A stretch of 63,725 nt of DNA, filler included, from Intoshia linei (Eukaryota; Animalia; Orthonectida), in assembly GCA_001642005.1 (NCBI GenBank). It is 6 parts of 6 records of this genome, joined end to end, with 100 filler letters (N's around TTAATTAATTAA, not from the genome) between each part and the next. Parts side by side here need not be neighbours in the genome. Positions count along the whole stretch, not along the records: positions 9,154 to 26,590 come from LWCA01000803.1; 5 more parts are not named here. One strand, given 5' to 3'. Shown here in pieces: positions 13,231 through 25,695 of this stretch (positions are counted from its first letter, which is position 1; the number at the start of each line of letters is the position of its first letter). Below the pieces are notes generated by a model. It was not told the origin of the DNA, ran no database searches, and saw only the letters and a list, made by a program, of their open reading frames with translations. The translations under genes and the position numbers were made by a program.

Positions 13231-14936
13231 TAGCAACAAAATTAGAAACTATTGTCCATTGCAAAAATAAATACTTTTTTTAAAATTTTATATATTTTAT
13301 AATTTTTTAATACACTTAATTTTTGATTTTGATTGATAAACCTAAATTTTGGTGCAATTTTATCAAGCATTTAGTCTCAATTTTAACAAATTTTAGAATT
13401 TAAGGAACTATAAAAAAAATGTTTCACATATATGAGTGATAATTGAAATAAACTCTGTCAATATTTTTATTTTCTTGTAAATTAATGTTTTGAGTAAAAA
13501 GTTGAGTGTCGTTACAACTATAATGAATAAAATATTAAAAGGTGTTCCTAAATGGATATACGGCAATAGGAAAAAATACAGTTTATTTGATCAATTGAGG
13601 AATGAATCTATCGGTGAAAATGTACAAGTTAATACAAAATCCTACAAATACAAAAAATTTAACAAGTCGATTAATGAAATTCAGTCTGCTTATAAAATAC
13701 ACATTAATGTTTTATCTAATGGAAAATTTGGAACTGCAAAATCCTTCATCATTTCTATTAATGGTACCAATAGGTACATTTATGATATTAACTTTTTATA
13801 TATAGTATACTAGGTTGACTGTTATGTACTACGTACAAACATCACCTAGCTCTGCAAAGGGCACATTTTTATTCTACTTTTTTTGGATAAAATTTTTGAT
13901 ATAAAAAAGTGGCCCGTGAGATGTAAAAAGACCCGACCCATGCTGTATACAAAATTATTAATTATATGTAATTTATAAAATCTTTAGATATCTTATAAAT
14001 TGTGGAGAAGGCACAATACGATTAATTCATAATATGGGGTAATTTAAAAAACAATTTTAGTCCATTAATATCAAATGTGATTTTTTATTGATTTTAAGTA
14101 AATTTGATAATTATAAAATTATTGTTTGTAATTTTAGATTTCAAATTAAGAGTTTTTCCGACATACTTTATACTAGAAATACTTGGCAATGTTATGGCGG
14201 ATCGCTACGTATATATTGATTTTATCTTGTAATAAACCTGGGCGATTTCATGTTTACACTCATGGTCAACTCAATTTTAAGGCTATTTTGATTTTTAAAA
14301 AAAGGGTAATCTGGGTTTTTGATTGTGACAATTACCTTTTTTGATGTTACCATTTATTATAATGTATATGAATTCAAAAACCATCCCAGAATTTATATTG
14401 TATAAAATTCTAAGACTTTCTCTATTTTTACAAAAAAGGGTAATTTGTGGTTTTGCCCATGAAGATATAAGACTTTGGAATTGAAAATTACAGTAATATT
14501 GATGAATTTAAAAGTTTTTATTAGATTATGTATTTTTTATAATTCTATGACTGGTTTGAATTTAAAAACAAAAGACAATTAGGGTTTTTAACTTTAAACT
14601 CAATTTTTGAAATTGAAATTTGCGATAAAACATTACTTTGGAAAAACTGCTATAAGAGTATGGAATTTGTAAAACGAGACTCCCCTTACTTTTCTAAATA
14701 AACAGACATACGTTTTTAACCATTTTACTTTATATAAGTAAGAATTCTCGAAAGCAAACGAAATTATTTTTTGCAAATATTATTTTTAGTCAAAAGATTT
14801 AAAGTTTAATCCAGTTTTGTATCTTACATGACTTTAAAATAGATGCACTATGATTGTTGATCGCGAACCAAAATGGTATCCAATTATAAAAATTGAAGTT
14901 GACTGAATTTTCTGGAATTGATTGTACAGTGTACAC

Positions 14937-15270
14937 TAGGGTTTCCCAAAGTGGGCGATATTTCCCCCAGGGGACGATTATGAAAACACTATACCCAAAA
15001 ACGATTTTAGATGGATAGAGTGGAGCTTTGATGAATTTTTTGGTTGTAAGGGGATATTTTTATCGCAAGTTTGGTATCCACTGATATAAAAAGATAGAGT
15101 AATAAATATTTTTTTTTAATTAATTTTTACAATTTTTTAATTATTAAATATTGAATAATGAGTAAAATTTTAAATATATCTACGACGTAGACGAAAAATT
15201 TTTTAGGGGGCGTTGAGAAAATATATTGCTAAAAAGGGGGCAGTATGCAAAATGAGTTTGGGAACCCATG
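14937..15270. mobile_element. hAT MITE
   Basis: TIRs TAGGGTTTCCCAAA / TTTGGGAACCCATG; perfect 8-bp TSD GTGTACAC. Confidence 0.9.
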
Positions 15271-16573
15271 GTGTACACGATAAAAACATTATAAATCAAA
15301 ATTCAGAAAAATCAAGTTAATTTGGTTTGCACGGAAAAACCCAAAACCCCTGATTTAAATCATATAATCCTTTTCCGCAGAAAGAGCCCATGTGGATATT
15401 TTTATTTTTGAAAATTATTACGTTTAATATTTTAATATATATTACTATTTTTTAGCTTTTTTCTTGACTCTTAATCGTACCAGTTCAGAAAAACTACGAG
15501 TTCATGCCGATGCCTTAACTGTAAGTTTTATTATCACTTATCTCGATATCTCTATTGTTTAGAGCAAAATGTTTAAAATATTGGTGAGAAAATGTTAAAG
15601 CTTTATAGTTGGGTCCTGTCTGGGTTATAGTATAGCTCGCCCAATAATGAGCGATAGATGTCACATGTTTGACATAGTCACTTTTAAATATATAAGTCGG
15701 GAATCCCAACTCGGAATATGCAACCTCATCCATATTAATTCCTGGGTTATCAAAAATATTTAGATTCGTCAAATTACCATGCGAAATTATTTTACCATTT
15801 TTTTTGGGACGTGTTAACTGTATTATCAACTGTCATTTTTTTCAAAATTGTACGACTATTTTAATTTTTTAAAAAAAGGGTAATCTGGGTTTTGATCGTG
15901 AAAATTCACTTTTTTGAGGTTGATATGTATAATAATGTTTATGATGTTAAAATCTATCTCACAGTTTATGTTGTATACAATTCTATGACTTATTATTGTT
16001 ACATATCATCCTGAAAAGGGTAATTTGTAATTTTGGCCGTGAAGGTATAAGATTTTGAAATGGAAATTTATTATAACCTTTAAAAAACTGTATTAGAAAT
16101 GGGTATTCTTAAAACTCTACGCCTCTTACTTTCTTAAATTAACTGTAACAAATAAATAAACAGACATACATTTTTAACGAATGACTTTATAGGAGTAAGG
16201 ATTTACCGTTATAAATTTTTATCAATTGTCAACCCATTTAATCAGTAGTCTCATTGATTGTTTAAGGTTATTATTTTATATTTAGTTGAAAAATATAGTC
16301 AAATCATCCTACTTATCTTTTTGTACACATTTAGTCAATTTTGGTAATTTTGTTTCATATAATTAATATATAATATTTAAAATTGTATATATTATTATTT
16401 ATTTATTAAATACTCATTTTAATTTTAAAATATAATGCTATAATTCAATTTAAAATAGATTTAATCGATACAAGTAAACTCTCTGAGAAAAGTGATAATT
16501 TTACGACTATAAAATACATTTTCAATTCAAATGGTATCAAAGGTTATTATAATTTTAAATTATGGTTATATAC

Positions 16574-16861
16574 TAGGGGTGTCAGATTGGATTTGCTTGG
16601 CGGGCCAAATGTGACCAAAAAAATTATTACGCGAACGCACAAAAAAAATCTTTACTCAAATTATTATTAAACTAACAGTTTTAATTAATTAATAAAATGA
16701 AATAAGTACATAACTAATGCTAGAATTGTAATCAGGAATAAATAAATCATGAAAAATATTTAAAAAAAGAAATATAGGTTAAAACTTTTGTTATAACGCC
16801 GTCCGAACATTCCATATTTGGGACCGCAAATGGCGCGCGGTCTGCATAATTGACACCCCTG
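16574..16861. mobile_element. hAT MITE
   Basis: TIRs TAGGGGTGTCA / TGACACCCCTG; TSD ttatatac/ctatatac. Confidence 0.88.
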
Positions 16862-16891
16862 CTATATACTCATTGAGTATTACTTATATAT

Positions 16892-17157
16892 CAGTATTTC
16901 TCAACCTTTTTACCAGTGGGGCGCACTTTGAAGTAATTCAAAATTTTGACGCACAAGAAAATACTTTCTGAAAATCTTTACTAAATCTTTATAAAATTTT
17001 GCTTAGAAAAGATTCAAATATAAGAAAAAAATATTGTTTCGTGACAAAAACAAAAAGCAGTTACGTAACTAACTATTTATGAAATGGAATATAGCTCTTT
17101 TTTACTTTTTCGCTGGGCACACATAAAATTTGCTGATGCACTGTTTAAGAAACACTG
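16892..17157. mobile_element. hAT MITE
   Basis: TIRs CAGTATTTCTCAA / TTAAGAAACACTG; degenerate TSD. Confidence 0.7.
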
Positions 17158-18211
17158 CTACACATGGAGGGAATTTGTTCATTTGAAAATATTTTAAATC
17201 ACGAGCCAGGGAGGTGAATGTTTTGAAAAAAAAATTTAATAAAATAATAATTTAAGTAAAACAAATATTATTCGCTGATTTAGTTAATGGTTGGTAGAAA
17301 ACTTGGTTTATATGAGCCATTCTCTAGCAAATAAAATGTAAATATGTCAATTTAAGTGACCTACAACGACGTTACGCGCAAATAATATAATAAAATTTGA
17401 AAATCTGTTTTTTGATGATTCTTGTGAATATTTACTTAATTGAGGTTTTTTAATAGATTGAATAGTGAGATAAGAACGTAGTTAACAGATATTTCCGAAA
17501 TTAAAAAAATCTATTCTTGTAATTAGACTATAAATTCGGTTCAAAATACGCATAAAATTATACGGCGTTACGAATTGAACTTATTATTTACGTTATACAT
17601 TTATGGTATTAATAAATTGTAAATTATAACCACAAAACGGCGCTTTACCTCTATGTTCTGATAAATTAATACTTTAATTAAAATTAATATAAGTATAATT
17701 ATATGTTTGTAATTAACTCAAATAATTATATGTTTAATAATTAACTCATGTTTTTAAATTGTAACCGCATTATTTTTACGCACATTCGATAAAGTTTAAT
17801 TTTCTGAACATTACCATGTACTGTTATTACCTTTTTAGTCAAAATTGGTTTAGTTATGATGCATTCCTGTTGAAAATGTATTTTAAAATATAGTATATTC
17901 TATTGTTTTATAATATAATTTCTTAATAGAACCTTAACATTAAATTTTCTATAATAATTTTGTAATATCTTGAAAATATACGAATCAAACTAACAAACAA
18001 CGTAAAAAGAAATATGGTAGCATATAATTTAAATGTATCATGTTTTTAATTTATGACAGAGAATAGCTCATATAAACAATTACTATATAATAATTATAAT
18101 ATATCAGCACACGAATTATAATCATTAAATGTAGACAATTCAGATTTGGAATGCTATAATTGCTACTTAATAAATGTAAATTAAGTATTTGCATAATAAT
18201 ATTGTATATAG

Positions 18212-21200
18212 CCCAACAATGCACAATCAAATGTAATTTCCATTAGAAAATTGATTGAACATGGTTTATCCGAGTAATTTAGTATTGATCATGACATGGT
18301 GGCCACTGGACAGTGACCACTAATATATAATACATTTATATTAGATCTGATATTATTTTACTCAAAACCGATAAAGAAAAATTTAAAGAAAAAACTCTTA
18401 TTGATCCAGCAAATATTTATGCATCAGATTGCATACCAGCTTCAATTTTGATATTAGATTTCAAATCTATATTAGAATGGAATCATTTCAAAGAAATGTT
18501 TAATAAAAACATGTCATATCATTCAACTATTTCAATTATTGTCCATTTATCTGATTCTGATATTACGGAGTCTGTTGAATATAAAGTGTGGCTACTCAAA
18601 TGGTACATTTTTTCAGGGGATATATAATGAATGTTTTCATCAAAAAATAATTTTTGAATGAATCTTATATTTTTATGTGCAATGGACACAAAAATATTCT
18701 CAAAAATATGATTTGAATAAATTGTATTATATAATTTAAAATTAACCCAACTGGTACACTAAATTTGTTTCACCGAATGTATTATGTTTTATATTACAAA
18801 AGGTCGTCCCAAATACAACTTTCAAAAAAGTTCATTGCATGTACTCTTGATAATAAAAAAACAATTACATTATTATTTTTTTTAGTTTTTCGCATTTAAC
18901 CTCTAGCAATCATCTATATATTAATGAAAACTACTGCATGTCTTTATTTTCAAGATGTTGCAATAAATTAAAAAAACTAAACCAAGTTTCAACTTCTATA
19001 CACCCATTGCCAAAAGAGTTTGATGTTGAATTTAAGGATAAAAAAACATTTGCTTTGCGGCCTAAATTTGAAATTTTGAGGTTTAAAATTATATATAGTA
19101 ACATAGGATAAGCGATACTACGCTTCAGGTATTTCAATAAATGGAATAAAAAACATTGCGATCGAATTTTGCATACCCCTGCAGTATACTCACATAATTG
19201 TATCTATGTTTTTGATGAAATTGGTTTATTGGTTTTGTAATTTTTATGTCGATAAATAGCCAATCATAACTATAATAAATACACAACTATGTATAAAATA
19301 CAATTTTACACATATTGACTTGTATATAGTGCAATAATTACAGAAAATACAAAAAAAAAATTGAAGGGTGGCGACATTTTTTTAGTCCTGCAGAGGTGGC
19401 ATTTTATAAAATAATATGGCGAACAATGATATAAGGTGTAAAACAACAACGTGAATACAATAAATAATAGTAATTGCCATTTTTAGAGAGCCAATTAATT
19501 TTAAACGAGATGTGTATTACGATGAAGTGTCATTTAAATATAAAAAATTACAATTACAGCATAGTAGTAATTTTAAATTATTGATATTGTAGTCTACAAT
19601 TTGTAGTTATTTTAATTTTTAATATTAATTTTAGACGAAGACATCAATGTGAAAACGAAAAACGAATATCCTATATTTGTCTTTTTAGGAACTTCATCTA
19701 CAATGTCTGTTGGAGATCGAAATGTTTCTGGGATTGTAGTGCATATTGAGTAATTTTTATAGAGTAAATGACGTTTCTTGAACATGTTTTTTATTTCTAA
19801 AAGTTTTCAATTAAACTACAATATTGTATACAATATTAGAATTTATTTATAATTGTATTTAGTTTTTCCAAATTTTAAAAACGGGTTATTACATCATTTT
19901 GGTAGTGCTAACTTATATAATATGCTACTATAATATATTTTTTTTCCGAAATATTTCATTAAAACAAAAAATGTGAAATAATTAACGTTCCGAAAATTAA
20001 AAAAAAATTATTCTGATAGAACTTCACGACATACACGTCATATTTTCAGTGCAGATTTTGCACTAAGATTATTTATTTTTTACAAAACATTTATATAGCT
20101 AAGTACATTAGGGTATCAATTATATTGTGTTTTTTTCTTAGGTGCGTAGTTTTATAAAATTAAAATAATTTTTTAAACATAACGCAATAAAAAATTTAAC
20201 AAAAAACCATGAATAAACGTTATGTATCTATAATCTCCAGAGAAGTGGAAACGTTAATATTGGACATTATATTTTATTTTAATAAACGTAATTACTCATA
20301 ATTAGGAATGTATTTCAGAAATTATTATTTCCCATAAGGGTTAGTAAAAGTGGATTTTTTCCTTAAGGTTTTGTAAAAGTGGTTTTTTGAATGATGGATA
20401 TTGAAAAAATTTAAAATTAAAGAAAAGTCTTCATAATGACTGAAACTCCAAACGGATGGACATATATAATGGTATGATATACCTTTGTAGTGGTGAATTC
20501 TTGAATTGTCCAATATAAAAACAGGGTCGACAATTCCATCGAGGAGCACTTCTCTTTAAGTAGAATAAGATTTTGCTTAAAAATGAATAATTCATGTTTC
20601 AATGCATAAAAAATTATATTAAAAATCGCAAAAATATTATTAATTTTTATCAATTTATGAGCAATTATTGATGGTACTCAAGCTTCAGGTGTAGCTAAGA
20701 CATAGTTAATATTCATTTTCTATGATTTACGATCATTACCGTCAATTTTAAAAAATGACCATATTAAATGCAAACATGACCTACATTGTGCAAACATAAC
20801 TATAAATAGACAACATATAATTATTATTATATGCAAATTAATAAAAAAAAAGACGAAATGTTATTAGTAATAACATTTATATAAATTATAATTAATAACT
20901 TATATTTAATATTAGTCTTGCTTCTAAAATTGATATCATTAAAAGATATAAATTTGGAGAAGGAAAAACCCATAGTTATTTTTCAAAATTATAGAATACA
21001 CTTAAAAAATCAAACTAATCCTCGATTAACGCAATTTCAGGTGCATTTAACGCGATTTTGATTAACGCAGTTAATATTCTGGTATTATAAATGATGGATT
21101 ATTAATTATCAATTACAGGGATTGTAAATACATTTGGATTACAATTACCTGTACTAGTGCACTATAATTTGATCTATTGAACAAATGTTTATATAAACTC

Positions 21201-24200
21201 ATAATATATATATTATAAACAAATTTAAATCTAAATCTACTAGATATAAAATCTAATTGTGAAAAAATGGCAAATTTTACTCTTTCAATCATGATCTTGA
21301 CACTATACGCCTACAACATGGCAAAAATAGATAATGTATATACGAATATACGTAACGGTTATAACGACATATGGTCGTCTAGCAATGACACTAGTATAGT
21401 AAATGTCAGTAAAATTATATTTATTGGATTATCGTATTACATTATGACAGAAACAAATTTTGAAATAATGTATAGTGCAAGTGGACTATATAAAAAATAC
21501 ATGCCTTCTGATCGCGACCAGCCAAATCTTTTTGATATATTTGTTAGAAAAAATCCGTATTTGGTGACTGTATGTGTTAATTTGTTTAACATATTTTTAT
21601 TTTGGATATTGTAAATTATGGATTGTTATTTTTTTGATTACTGGATCGATAATTTTTCAGCATTAGTTTTTAGTGTTGTGTGTATTAAGATGCACTCTTA
21701 TCTATTCAACAATGATTAATTTATTTTGTTTACAGTGCAATTACGTTTTAAAAATTGTTATCAATATAATATATCAATGTTGGGTCTATTTCATTATTCA
21801 AAATAATTTTATATTTTATTTTGATGTTATAAAGATGAAAATTGTAAAAATCTTTAAATACATTTGTCCATATTTCATTTTGATAATAAATTCATTTTAT
21901 CTTTTGTGTTATTAAATTTTAGGGTTCACGGTATCCTTGTAGGCGTATCGTGTATTTTCATTTTTTTGTATTATAATGGCATTTGTAATCTAGTATTGTA
22001 GCTCAGAAAATTCAATTTTATTGGATTGTGGTGAATTAACAGCTACTCAGATTCTTCGTTATTATGGTCAGAATACTAAAAAGTTTTTATCAACACTGAA
22101 GGCTATTTTTATATCTCATTTACATGCTGATCATCATATGGTATTTACATTTAGTCTTTTAAATTAATCACAGACTCATCAAATATATACTTTCATTTCA
22201 GGGCGTATTGGGTCTTTGTGATTTACGATCAAAGTTGTTGCCAAATTTAAAGTCAAAGATCAATCTCATTTCAAACCACATGTTTATGATTACATATCGA
22301 AATGTCTTTTGGGATAATAAAAGGTTGATGGATTCTTTAAGGTTTTTTTGTACAAAAATATATAGAATTTGTTTTTATTATCAACAATTTTAATTAATTT
22401 TAGGTTTATTAATGCTAGAGCTCTTTTAAAGAAACATGCTATTGATTTTAATGTAGATGATAATGTAAATATTCTTCTGAAAGAGACAAATGTTAATTGG
22501 GTAAGAATTTTATTAATGAATTCTTAGAAATTATACTAGCTCACTTTTAGATTGAATGTATTCCTGTTATTCATAAACAATTTCCATTCGGAATCATGAT
22601 TTTACTAAAAAATAATTACAAAATTGTATATTCTGGTGATACTACGCCTTGTGACGCTTTGATAAAATCGGGTATTTTTTTATACAAATAAATTAGCCAG
22701 TAATATATCGATGGCTTAAAACTCTGAGGCCAGAAACTGACTCTATGAACTTTGAAGTACTTTGAGGTGTTAGTAAATTTCTGTTTTTTAGATCGTGTTT
22801 TATAATGTTTTTAAATAGGATTATATTGCGACGTTTTAATTCATGAAGCTACAAACGATGATGATCACCATGTACCAGCTCAAATGAACCGTCATTCGTA
22901 ATTGATTAATTATTTACTGATTAATGGCCAAATTTCACGTTAGTCAATGTTTTTTGAGTTTACTGGAAATTAACAAATGTATCATTCATGTTGTAAACAA
23001 GTCATGCAAACCCCCTTTATTTGGGATATTTTTAAATAAAAATGTTGTTCAGTTAAACCAGTGTTTCTCAAACGGTGTGCCACGGAAAATTTTATGTATA
23101 CCCAGATAAAAATTAAAAACAAGCTATAAACCATTTCGCAGAAGGTTAATTATAAATCAATTTTCTGGTTATTTGTACAAAAAACTTTTTTTCTTACAAC
23201 TTTTCGTGCAAAATCTTTATTATAGTAAAGATTTTCAATGAGTACCCAACAAATATAAAATTTTTACTACAGTCCGACCCCGGTTTGAGGCATCAATTTG
23301 AGCAAAGTGTCCCAAAAGGTGGATGCCCCAAAACAGGTTTTTGATAAAAATGTATGATTTAAAACAATTAGGTATAACTGTATATTAGCAGATTATTGAT
23401 TACATACTAAATTGAAAAATATTTTTTATTATTTTAATTTTAATCTTACCCTTCAGCTAAAATCAATGCAAATATGCATTCCAAATTTTGACAATATAAT
23501 AAAACTAGTGCAAAATTTGCATTCAAAATAAAAAAAGGTTTTCATTATTGTTTTTAAAAATATTCAAAATTTTTAGTAAATAAGTCGATAAGTTAATATA
23601 ATAAACGAAATATTTTTATGGTCATGAATTAATACCCTATTATATAATTAAAACGCTTCTTTTTAGTTTTTTCGGAATAAAAATATTTTTAAGTCAATAC
23701 AAAAAAAACAATAGAAGAAAATTATTTTAAATTACAAAATTACGAATGGGCAGATAATAAGAAAAAAGGCACCAAGCCGATTGTACGACTTAAATTTTGT
23801 CATTCGTAATGTAAATAATTTTAGTATAATGGAATATCAACATATAAATTTTTTGGGCCAAAAACGTGGTTTATTTTAAATGCATTGCAATGCGATTGCT
23901 GTAAACATTAAGAAACTAACATGAAATTAGGAAAGTACCCCAAACGGGATCGGATTGTATTGTTATCTGCTCGATGTCAAAATTTTATCTGCGCCAATGG
24001 AAAAAAAAGGTTGAGAAACTTTAACTAAACCGAGTGATTATTAGCAATGGAAATATTAACATTAAGCTATATTTTATATATAAAAACTAAATCTGTTTTA
24101 ATGGTATATTTAGAACTACAAATCAAGCAATACAGGTTGGTCGTAGAATGAATGCTAAACATTTAATATTAACCCACTTTGGATTGAGAACCTACAAGAT

Positions 24201-24255
24201 GCCGCTTATTAATCCCGACGTTAAGAATGTTATATATGCCTTTGATTTTATGAGA
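18212..24255 (+). CDS. ELAC2: Long-form tRNase Z, divergent. Exons: about 18212-18272, 18345-18602, 18886-19080, 19487-19566, 19635-19749, 22002-22140, 22202-22341, 22404-22500, 22551-22671, 22819-22897, 24114-24255. 5' end and terminal exon unresolved
   Basis: In-frame spliced motifs YPIFVFLGT..RNVS, ILLDCGE, IFISHLHADHH, IVYSGDT.PC, LIHEAT, HSTT, LILTHF, AFDFM; N-terminal half matches (IIVHL...YKVWL, HLYINEN, FALRP). Confidence 0.88.
20325..20560 (-). pseudogene. IS630-Tc1 DDE fragment (VFILDNSRIHH) abutting one end of the 59562-60327 MITE family
   Basis: DNxxxH catalytic motif; adjacent CCGTTTGGAGTTTCAGTCATT matches the MITE TIR. Confidence 0.55.
23059..24022. mobile_element. hAT MITE containing a nested Tc1/pogo-type MITE (23270-23957), inside an ELAC2 intron
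   Basis: Outer TIRs CAGTGTTTCTCAA / TTGAGAAAC; inner TA|CAGTCCGACCCCGGTTTG ... CAAACGGGATCGGATTG|TA. Confidence 0.8.
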
Positions 24256-25033
24256 GTATGATAAATGTAATAGTCAACCCTTAGCAATGTCAATATTAGT
24301 ACGATTCTATAAATCTTCACTAAGAAATTTTAATTTAAATACTTTACCTATAAATTTTATAATAAAAGATAAAACTGTAATTTGTGGGCAACAACCTCAT
24401 ATAATTTGAATTAATTTAAGTGATTTGATTATTAAACAGGGTTTACAGTGTAAACTTTAGATTGTAAATGGTTGACTGTATATAATAAAATTAAAGCATA
24501 CAAATTAGATACGAAACAGTGATTTTGACAAAGCCAAAAAAATCGTACCACTATATGGCGAACGATTTTCAGAATCGCAGCTAACAAACGAAAACAATGT
24601 TATAAAATACCACAACACTTTGCGTGCAAATAGCGTGTAAAATGTATTTACATTAAAATAAAATACAACATATTAAATACAAGTTTGTACTTTATACAAT
24701 TTAAAATTTCCATGTACGTATAAATGAAATTATACAATAATGTTTTGAGTGTCATCCCTAAGAAAAAATTATAAAATAAAACAAGGTTAAACAAATTAAG
24801 TTCTTGGACAGAATTTATACTGATTTCTTCCGTTTTATCACCCAAGACAGTATATTTTCTAAAATTTGAATAATTTACAAACTAATAATTTATAAAATTT
24901 ACGCTTTCTGAAATTTTTAAAATTTTTTAAATTAAATTTTAAAGTACTTATTATAAGTCTTTTTTCCTTCACTGTAGGATATTGAATTACTGAGTATCTA
25001 AACTTTTGTAATTTAATTTTAAATAATGTTTAC

Positions 25034-25695
25034 ACTGCCATTGATAATATTGTCCACATCTACAAAAACCAGTTCAATTTTATCTTGTGAAATCATTGGG
25101 TAAATGCAAGCTACAATAGAAATTATTTTTCCACTATTGATAAAGATGTCTGGAATGGAATCAACGCAACATTTTAATAAACAATGCGAATTTATCTAAA
25201 TTGCATTTGTGGGTGAAATTACACAAGAAATACTTCAATTAATCGATAACCCGGCTTTAATTTGCTGTTTCCAAATATTCCAAGTGGATCAATCTAAACT
25301 TTTTTAAATTTTATAAAAATACAAGTTACGTAATCGACAAAAATTCCATTATCATATGATTCACGAGGCGAACCAATCGTTTTCTTTTCACCGCAAATAA
25401 TTAAACCAAAAATTTTGTTCTGGCTAGTATCAACATCAAAACTCTATATATAATTGTAATGTGTTAATGGTAATAGAATACAATAATATTAATGTTTTTT
25501 ATACTCTTGCAGACTAGGCTGCATTTGTCATCAGAAGCCAATAAATCTTCAAAATCCGCTTGTGAATAGTCTGAAACGTCCAGTTCATTAAGCTATAATT
25601 GTTATATTTTGACCATTTTTAATTTATATGAAAACCTTTATAACACTATCACCCAAAAATATGTGGCTTTTAATAATGGATTCATCTGCGTAAAT
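25034..25695 (-). CDS. Tandem-PDZ protein, Scribble PDZ3-PDZ4-like, partial (exons 25695-25636, 25592-25482, 25443-25330, 25293-25234, 25195-~25034)
   Basis: Four 36-43 nt phase-0 introns join IFLGDSVIK/LNELDV...CSLVCK and FGLIICGEKKTIGSPRESYDNGIFVDY/IDPLG...KLKPGYRLIE/INSHCLL...IISIVAC, paralleling Scribble PDZ4 (GHAGNPRDPTDEGIFISKV...RLRVGLRLLEVNQQSLL...LTVLVC). Confidence 0.65.

Noticed and set aside
22700-22800. Possible intronic snoRNA in ELAC2
   Set aside because: No canonical C box or H/ACA layout; folding looks weak by eye.
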